20,000 bases of DNA, from the IMG/VR virus record IMGVR_UViG_3300020189_000007, one strand, 5' to 3'. Below are positions 16,286 to 20,000 of the stretch, piece by piece. How positions within the stretch are numbered: position 1 is the first letter of the stretch; each line of letters begins with the position of its first letter. This stretch comes from an uncultured virus (IMG/VR IMGVR_UViG_3300020189_000007). Taxonomy: Duplodnaviria; Heunggongvirae; Uroviricota; Caudoviricetes. The notes beneath the pieces were generated by a model, which worked only from the letters and a program-made list of their open reading frames with translations, ran no database searches and was not told the origin of the DNA. The translations under genes and the position numbers were made by a program.

Positions 16286-16439
16286 TGCGGGAGGTGGGAT
16301 TCGAACCCACAGAAACGGTGCCTACTCACCCTGCGGCTTTCGATGCGATCCGTGCAGACCCAGTCCGCTCGCCAGGGACGCCCATCCCTGTGCTCTAACT
16401 CTCCAGCGTTACCGTGGGCGCGGCCTTACTGGCTCCCGA
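16286..16439 (-). ncRNA. tRNA-like RNA (154 nt) with canonical T-arm and acceptor stem but a 91-nt insert in place of the anticodon loop
   Basis: (T)CGGGAG/CTCCCG(C)-A acceptor, T-arm GTGGG-TTCGAAT-CCCAC, ACGGT/ACCGT stem in the anticodon-stem position; sits in a gap between genes. Confidence 0.7.
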
Positions 16440-16448
16440 ATAGATTCC

Positions 16449-16637
16449 TTAATCAAAGATGGGGTAGTTCTTCCAGAAGCGATCCTGGTTCTTCACCCGT
16501 CGGAAAGTCTTCTCGTCGATGGTCAGCTTACCGGGCACAATGGCGTTACCCAGCTTCCGTGCCTGAGCCTTCGTATCGGCGTAGCACTGGTTGTATCCAC
16601 CCTCGTTCCAGTTCCAGCGGTAAAGGTGCTTTCCCAT
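16449..16637 (-). CDS. Hypothetical protein (62 aa)
   Basis: GAGGGAGAG SD. Confidence 0.75.
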   Translation of the reverse strand: MGKHLYRWNWNEGGYNQCYADTKAQARKLGNAIVPGKLTIDEKTFRRVKNQDRFWKNYPIFD

Positions 16638-16662
16638 TATCTCTCCCTCTCAGTCAGTGTCT

Positions 16663-16899
16663 CTAGAAGTTGGCCCACACAAGCCGAGCGTCAGCGCCCC
16701 GGCCCTCGAACCAGAACTTGAGATCGTCCCACGGTCCCATGGGGACAAGGACCTCGGTCATCCACCGCATCCGGTTCTCGTCGTCGACGTCGCACCACTG
16801 CTTTTCAACCCAGGCCACATCGGCAATGGTGAGGTCCTCGCGGACAGTGGCCAGAGTCTCGGGTGCCCAGTCCGGGATGGTGACAGTGCCGACCTTCAT
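16663..16899 (-). CDS. Hypothetical Trp-rich acidic protein (78 aa)
   Basis: AAGGAG SD; first gene after a promoter cassette. Confidence 0.75.
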   Translation of the reverse strand: MKVGTVTIPDWAPETLATVREDLTIADVAWVEKQWCDVDDENRMRWMTEVLVPMGPWDDLKFWFEGRGADARLVWANF

Positions 16900-16968
16900 T
16901 CGCTCTCCTTTGCCGAGTTACCCCGACCAACATCTAGATTATACCATAGAGGGCTGGTACTTTGCACG
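16900..16968 (-). promoter_or_regulatory. Early promoter cassette: CGTGCAA-N18-TATAAT + 5' stem-loop + SD
   Basis: -35 at 16962-16967, -10 at 16938-16943, hairpin GTCGGG-GTAA-CTCGGC. Confidence 0.8.
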
Positions 16969-16980
16969 ATTATCTGAAGT

Positions 16981-17181
16981 TTATTCACACTCGTCGGTGA
17001 TCGGGTCAAGGAAGGCGGCAAGGACCCACACACATGCGTTGTGCCACTCAGGAAACTGGACAAGGACAACGCTCTGCCAGTCGTGCTGCCACTCCTCTGG
17101 AACCTCTTCCCGGGTGGGTGCAGCATTAAGGACAAGACCCGTACCCCAGTTCCAGTGTGCAACGAGATCGCCGGCAAACAT
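16981..17181 (-). CDS. Small SH3/KOW-like protein (66 aa)
   Basis: MFAGDLVAH..GTGLVL..VLVQFP..VWV; GAGGT SD. Confidence 0.75.
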   Translation of the reverse strand: MFAGDLVAHWNWGTGLVLNAAPTREEVPEEWQHDWQSVVLVQFPEWHNACVWVLAAFLDPITDECE

Positions 17182-17190
17182 GTCTACCTC

Positions 17191-17340
17191 TCAGTCAAGA
17201 AATTCCAAGTCATCAATCTCTACCCACCGGACGAACCCCTCAAACTCGACAAGGACTCGACCGCAGTACATACCGTTGAGCGGCCGGACAATTCCCTCAC
17301 CCAGCTTGGGGTGCACGGCCCGCAACTGAACATCAAACAT
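17191..17340 (-). CDS. Small SH3-like protein (49 aa)
   Basis: Manual translation: MFDVQLRAVHPKLGEGIVRPLNGMYCGRVLVEFEGFVRWVEIDDLEFLD*; GGAGGT SD. Confidence 0.75.
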   Translation of the reverse strand: MFDVQLRAVHPKLGEGIVRPLNGMYCGRVLVEFEGFVRWVEIDDLEFLD

Positions 17341-17428
17341 GGACACCTCCAATCAAGAGCTTAACAACACACATGATGATGACGCCCTTCAACAGCGCGC
17401 CAATGATGATATCGGTATTTGTCTTCAT
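17333..17428 (-). CDS. 31-aa hydrophobic microprotein
   Basis: Manual translation: MKTNTDIIIGALLKGVIIMCVVKLLIGGVHV*; GAGGT SD; fills the gap between neighbours. Confidence 0.6.
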   Translation of the reverse strand: MKTNTDIIIGALLKGVIIMCVVKLLIGGVHV

Positions 17429-17436
17429 GGTCAACC

Positions 17437-17667
17437 TCAGAAGCGCTTGACAGCGTCAAGGGGAGCGCGCTCACCGGTACCCGCGAACAGGAGCTGGGTG
17501 GTCATGCCGTCGGCGTCGACATACTCAAGCTCGGTCATGGTCAGGAACGCTCCGTCACGGATGATCTGGAAGCGCTGTTCCTCGACAGCGCAACCCATAA
17601 TGGCCAGGTCCCGGCGGGTGTCGCCGAGCTGGGCGGCGAAAGCGGTGTTGTATTCGGCGGTGGGCAT
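17437..17667 (-). CDS. Hypothetical protein (76 aa)
   Basis: Start reassigned to MPTAEYNTAF at ATG 17667 (AAGGAG SD), downstream of a promoter cassette. Confidence 0.75.
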   Translation of the reverse strand: MPTAEYNTAFAAQLGDTRRDLAIMGCAVEEQRFQIIRDGAFLTMTELEYVDADGMTTQLLFAGTGERAPLDAVKRF

Positions 17668-17780
17668 GCGGTCTCCTTTGTTGGTCTTTGGTTCCGGATG
17701 ATCCGGGTCTACCCCGACCAACATCAATATTATACCACAAACCGCCGGCGCTTTGCACGCTTTTTTCTCTTTTTTTTGTT
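17668..17780 (-). promoter_or_regulatory. Early promoter cassette: CGTGCAA-N18-TATAAT + 5' stem-loop + SD, with A-tract UP element
   Basis: -35 at 17753-17758, -10 at 17729-17734, stem TGTTGGTC/GACCAACA. Confidence 0.8.
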
Positions 17781-17864
17781 TTATGCCGTGACAACAATCG
17801 CGAAGACGATAAACGCCAGCACCGCAGCAATGCCGATGACTTCTGTGACGTCGATACCTCTCAT
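17781..17864 (-). CDS. 27-aa single-pass membrane microprotein
   Basis: Manual translation: MRGIDVTEVIGIAAVLAFIVFAIVVTA*; GGGAGGT SD. Confidence 0.6.
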   Translation of the reverse strand: MRGIDVTEVIGIAAVLAFIVFAIVVTA

Positions 17865-17886
17865 ACACACCTCCCTAGAAGATTAC

Positions 17887-17921
17887 AAAAAAAAGCCGGC
17901 GACCCGTAATGAGCCGCCGGC
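17887..17921 (-). terminator. Rho-independent terminator
   Basis: GCCGGCGGCTC-ATTAC-GGGTCGCCGGC followed by T8. Confidence 0.85.
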
Positions 17922-17958
17922 CCGGAGTTTCCCGTCACCTGCTGGTGAGAGCTTGATC

Positions 17959-18186
17959 CTAACTGTTGACCGCGGTGTCGTTAGTTCCGAGAGTCGAGTT
18001 AAGGAAACCCTGAAGAGCGCGGGCTTCCTTTACAGTCATGGAGAGCTGCGTGGTCGGCGTGGAGTAGAATCCATCCCCCGCGTTCGTCGCGATTGTGACG
18101 ACATTGCTGCCGGCCTGCTTGCTCGTGGTGTTACGGTTCACTCCGAAAGTGAAGCGACTAGTCTGATACTGCTTCTCATAATTCAT
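17959..18186 (-). CDS. Hypothetical protein (75 aa), monocistronic
   Basis: Has its own promoter, an AAGGAG SD and a downstream terminator. Confidence 0.8.
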   Translation of the reverse strand: MNYEKQYQTSRFTFGVNRNTTSKQAGSNVVTIATNAGDGFYSTPTTQLSMTVKEARALQGFLNSTLGTNDTAVNS

Positions 18187-18270
18187 GTATGCTTTCTCCT
18201 TTTTTTCTCAGCATGCGTTTGGTATTCCCTACCAACATTTAGATTATAGATGCCGCGCTCCGAGTGTTCA
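18187..18270 (-). promoter_or_regulatory. Promoter TGAACA-N16-TATAAT with the same ATGTTGGT.GGG leader stem-loop
   Basis: -10 at 18243-18248; hairpin TTGGTA-GGGAA-TACCAA. Confidence 0.7.
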
Positions 18271-18513
18271 TGAATAGTGGGGAACTTTTTTTCACTTCAG
18301 CCCCGGGGAAAAGCCCTCTCGACTCCCCGCTGCGCGCGCTCCCGTGGAAAGTGTACAGAGGCGGCTCGTGGAGTTCTGTATAGTCGGAGGGCCCATGTGT
18401 TCTCTTGTGTTCTGGTGGGGAGTTGGGCCGAGAGAGCGGGAACAAAAACGCGATCAGCAGCGGGGAAACCGAGTCTCTCGTGTACAGAGGGGCAAAGTGA
18501 ATAGTGGGGAACT
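18271..18513. repeat. 16-bp direct repeat TGAATAGTGGGGAACT (18271-18286 and 18498-18513)
   Basis: Exact match read from the sequence; GTGTACAGAGG also occurs twice (18351 and 18480). Confidence 0.75.
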
Positions 18514-18780
18514 CTACGCGAGAACTGGAGGAAACGCGGGTTCTCGAAGAGAATTGTAAAAGTTTTGTATTCGCACATGAAATTCGTGTAAATCTACTTT
18601 TTTTCTATTAAACTCATTTACTTGTGTACATCGGCTCGTATATGTACTTAGCCGAGAGAAAAAATCTCAACACAGAAATAACTCCTCGTGGAATGTGACC
18701 AGAGGGAGCAACAGAAAAACTGCCCCCTACGAGCCAGGACACATGGAGGAATAGCCACCTGTCACGACCCAAGAGGGATA

Positions 18781-18830
18781 CCCGAGTGTAAATGGGTGTT
18801 AATGGGTGTTAGTGAGTGTTTTTTGGTGTT
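18781..18830. repeat. Five degenerate 10-bp tandem repeats (consensus aaTGGGTGTT)
   Basis: cccgagtgta / aatgggtgtt / aatgggtgtt / agtgagtgtt / ttttggtgtt. Confidence 0.65.
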
Positions 18831-18982
18831 AGAGTGGGCAGAGAGCTGGGAGACAGAGAGCAGAGAGCGCTGATATACTACTCTATTCTTGTATAACAGA
18901 AGCGTGATCGTGAGTGTGAGCTGAGGTGTATGTTCTTATAGTAGATGATGCGTCTCTCGTTATAGTGGCGCTGTCTCTTCCT

Positions 18983-19072
18983 TTAAGCTTGACCGCTCGT
19001 CATCTTGTAGCGTTTTTTGATATTAGCCGCGCCGATTTTGTGATTTGCTTTTACCAGATCACCGACTTTCAT
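18983..19072 (-). pseudogene. Truncated paralog of the 19336-19563 SH3-like gene (29 aa)
   Basis: MKVGDLVKANHKIGAANIKKRYKMTSGQA*; shares a 41-bp near-exact repeat (RBS plus first codons) with 19535-19575. Confidence 0.5.
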
Positions 19073-19207
19073 TCTTCGCTCTCCCTAAAAAGGTGTTAGG
19101 CAACCAGACCACCTAACTGACTGTTTCCAGTCCCACCCGCAGATTAGCAATCATGGAGTTTATCCCTCTCCCGCTTCATCCTTACAATCGGGGTAACTTC
19201 ATTTTAT

Positions 19208-19327
19208 AATAGAGTGGCAGGATTTTTACCTGCAAGCGACCAAGTATTCCCTTTTAAGACTCTTATTCCTTGGTCCGGGTCGTATATCATCTCAGTAGAA
19301 CCCTGCGTAATACCGCCTCACTCTATT
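19208..19327 (-). ncRNA. Non-canonical cloverleaf (tRNA-like) RNA, about 120 nt
   Basis: AATAGAGTG/CACTCTATT closing stem, GCG-GTATTA-CGC arm, GGGTT/GACCC stem, GACCAAG/CTTGGTC long arm, GCAGG-TAAAAAT-CCTGC T-like arm; TATAAT at 19335-19340. Confidence 0.6.
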
Positions 19328-19334
19328 TGTTACA

Positions 19335-19363
19335 ATTATACTCCATCTGGGAGCAAATGTTGA
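19335..19363 (-). promoter_or_regulatory. Promoter TCAACA-N17-TATAAT driving the structured RNA region
   Basis: The -10 box lies 7 nt upstream of the cloverleaf 5' strand. Confidence 0.55.
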
Positions 19364-19563
19364 CATTTTGTTCCACTTATTTTCTCAACATAACTATCTG
19401 GTTCCAAAGTTGTCTCCCCGTGTGCCCAGTGAATAGTCAATCGGTCTTCAAAGTAATCATTATAGGTTTTGTAGAAGTTTTCTTCTACTTTGAGTACTAT
19501 CCCAATCCCTACTTCGTTTTTAGAGTATTTGTGCTTTGCTTTTACCAGATCACCGACTTTCAC
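19336..19563 (-). CDS. Small SH3/KOW-like protein (75 aa)
   Basis: GTG start with GGAGAG SD and GTGA overlap; MKVGDLVK..GIGIVLKV..LTIHWAHG. Confidence 0.75.
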   Translation of the reverse strand: MKVGDLVKAKHKYSKNEVGIGIVLKVEENFYKTYNDYFEDRLTIHWAHGETTLEPDSYVEKISGTKCQHLLPDGV

Positions 19564-19772
19564 TCTTCGCTCTCCAGTTTTCTCGCACACTCAACAGAAC
19601 AGTTCAACATCGCCAATAAACTATTCCCGCCTGTATAGCCATTTCCCATATCAATTCCGAGAACCTCGCTGGCTTTGAACAAGATTGATTTTTCCAGTTC
19701 TTTACGAGTTGGAAGTTTGAATGTTTTTCCACACACTTTGCATTCTTGGTATAGAATCTCAATGTTGTTCAT
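19560..19772 (-). CDS. Small Zn-binding protein (CKVC...CSVEC)
   Basis: CxxC and CSxxC pairs; GGAGGA SD; ATGA overlap. Confidence 0.7.
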   Translation of the reverse strand: MNNIEILYQECKVCGKTFKLPTRKELEKSILFKASEVLGIDMGNGYTGGNSLLAMLNCSVECARKLESEE

Positions 19773-19999
19773 TCTTTATATCCTCCTTCGTGTAATCTTG
19801 AACCTCCCGGTAAAACCGCACAACGATAAGAATAAATCCTTTCGCCGTCTTCTTCTCTCATCATAATTGGATCTCCAAAAATAAGATGTTTTCCTTTGTG
19901 TTTCTCGTTAAGTTCGTTTCTGAATCTTTCAGCGAGTTCTGCTGTTAGTCCAACTTCCGCATCCAGAGCATAATAACAATTAGAACAGATTTTCTCAAC
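19769..19999 (-). CDS. Hypothetical protein, C-terminal part (start beyond the window end)
   Basis: Open frame ...VEKICSNCYYALDAEVGLTAELAERFRNELNEKHKGKHLIFGDPIMMREEDGERIYSYRCAVLPGGSRLHEGGYKE*, with its stop overlapping the next ATG. Confidence 0.6.
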   Translation of the reverse strand, partial: VEKICSNCYYALDAEVGLTAELAERFRNELNEKHKGKHLIFGDPIMMREEDGERIYSYRCAVLPGGSRLHEGGYKE

Positions 20000-20000
20000 T

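Noticed and set aside
16286..16439. Calling this element a canonical tRNA or a tmRNA (ssrA)
   Set aside because: There is no 7-nt anticodon loop, so no isotype can be assigned. It has no G3-U70 pair or tag reading frame and is too short for tmRNA.
12105..18270. Recurrent repeats as a CRISPR array
   Set aside because: The copies are degenerate, 0.5-1.5 kb apart and separated by genes, and there are no cas genes; they are promoters.
19085..19327. Hammerhead or other known self-cleaving ribozyme
   Set aside because: No CUGANGA...GAAA core in the correct helical context could be found by eye; left to a covariance-model search.
1..20000. Alternative genetic code (stop-codon reassignment)
   Set aside because: Recognisable genes are intact in code 11, and TAA, TAG and TGA all end genes at sensible boundaries.

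Overview
This window is most likely part of a large tailed-bacteriophage genome: dense small ORFs, Shine-Dalgarno sites, sigma70-like promoters, and all three stop codons in use. Almost all genes are on the minus strand. It divides into five blocks. (1) 1-4548 is a lower-GC metabolic block with a DinG/XPD-type Fe-S helicase (cut by the window edge), a eukaryotic-type HAD phosphomannomutase, a lipoprotein trypsin-like protease and a Dps/ferritin-like protein. (2) 4545-7164 is a cluster of otherwise unrelated proteins sharing an N-terminal 'MKIT(K/R)xQLRxII.E' peptide, possibly virion-internal proteins. (3) 7950-9508 is a tandem array of small SH3/KOW-like paralogs. (4) About 10050-18250 is a visibly GC-richer early-gene island. 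It is built from repeated promoter + 5' stem-loop cassettes and holds a MoxR-like AAA ATPase, an HExxH/VWA (DUF2201-like) protein, many small genes, an acidic microprotein ending in an SSB-like 'DVDMPF' tail, and a 154-nt tRNA-like RNA with a 91-nt insert in place of the anticodon loop. Two repeat-rich non-coding regions bracket the island. (5) About 19000-20000 contains a second, promoter-driven, non-canonical cloverleaf RNA and further small genes. All family assignments come from motif recognition by eye; no database searches were run.
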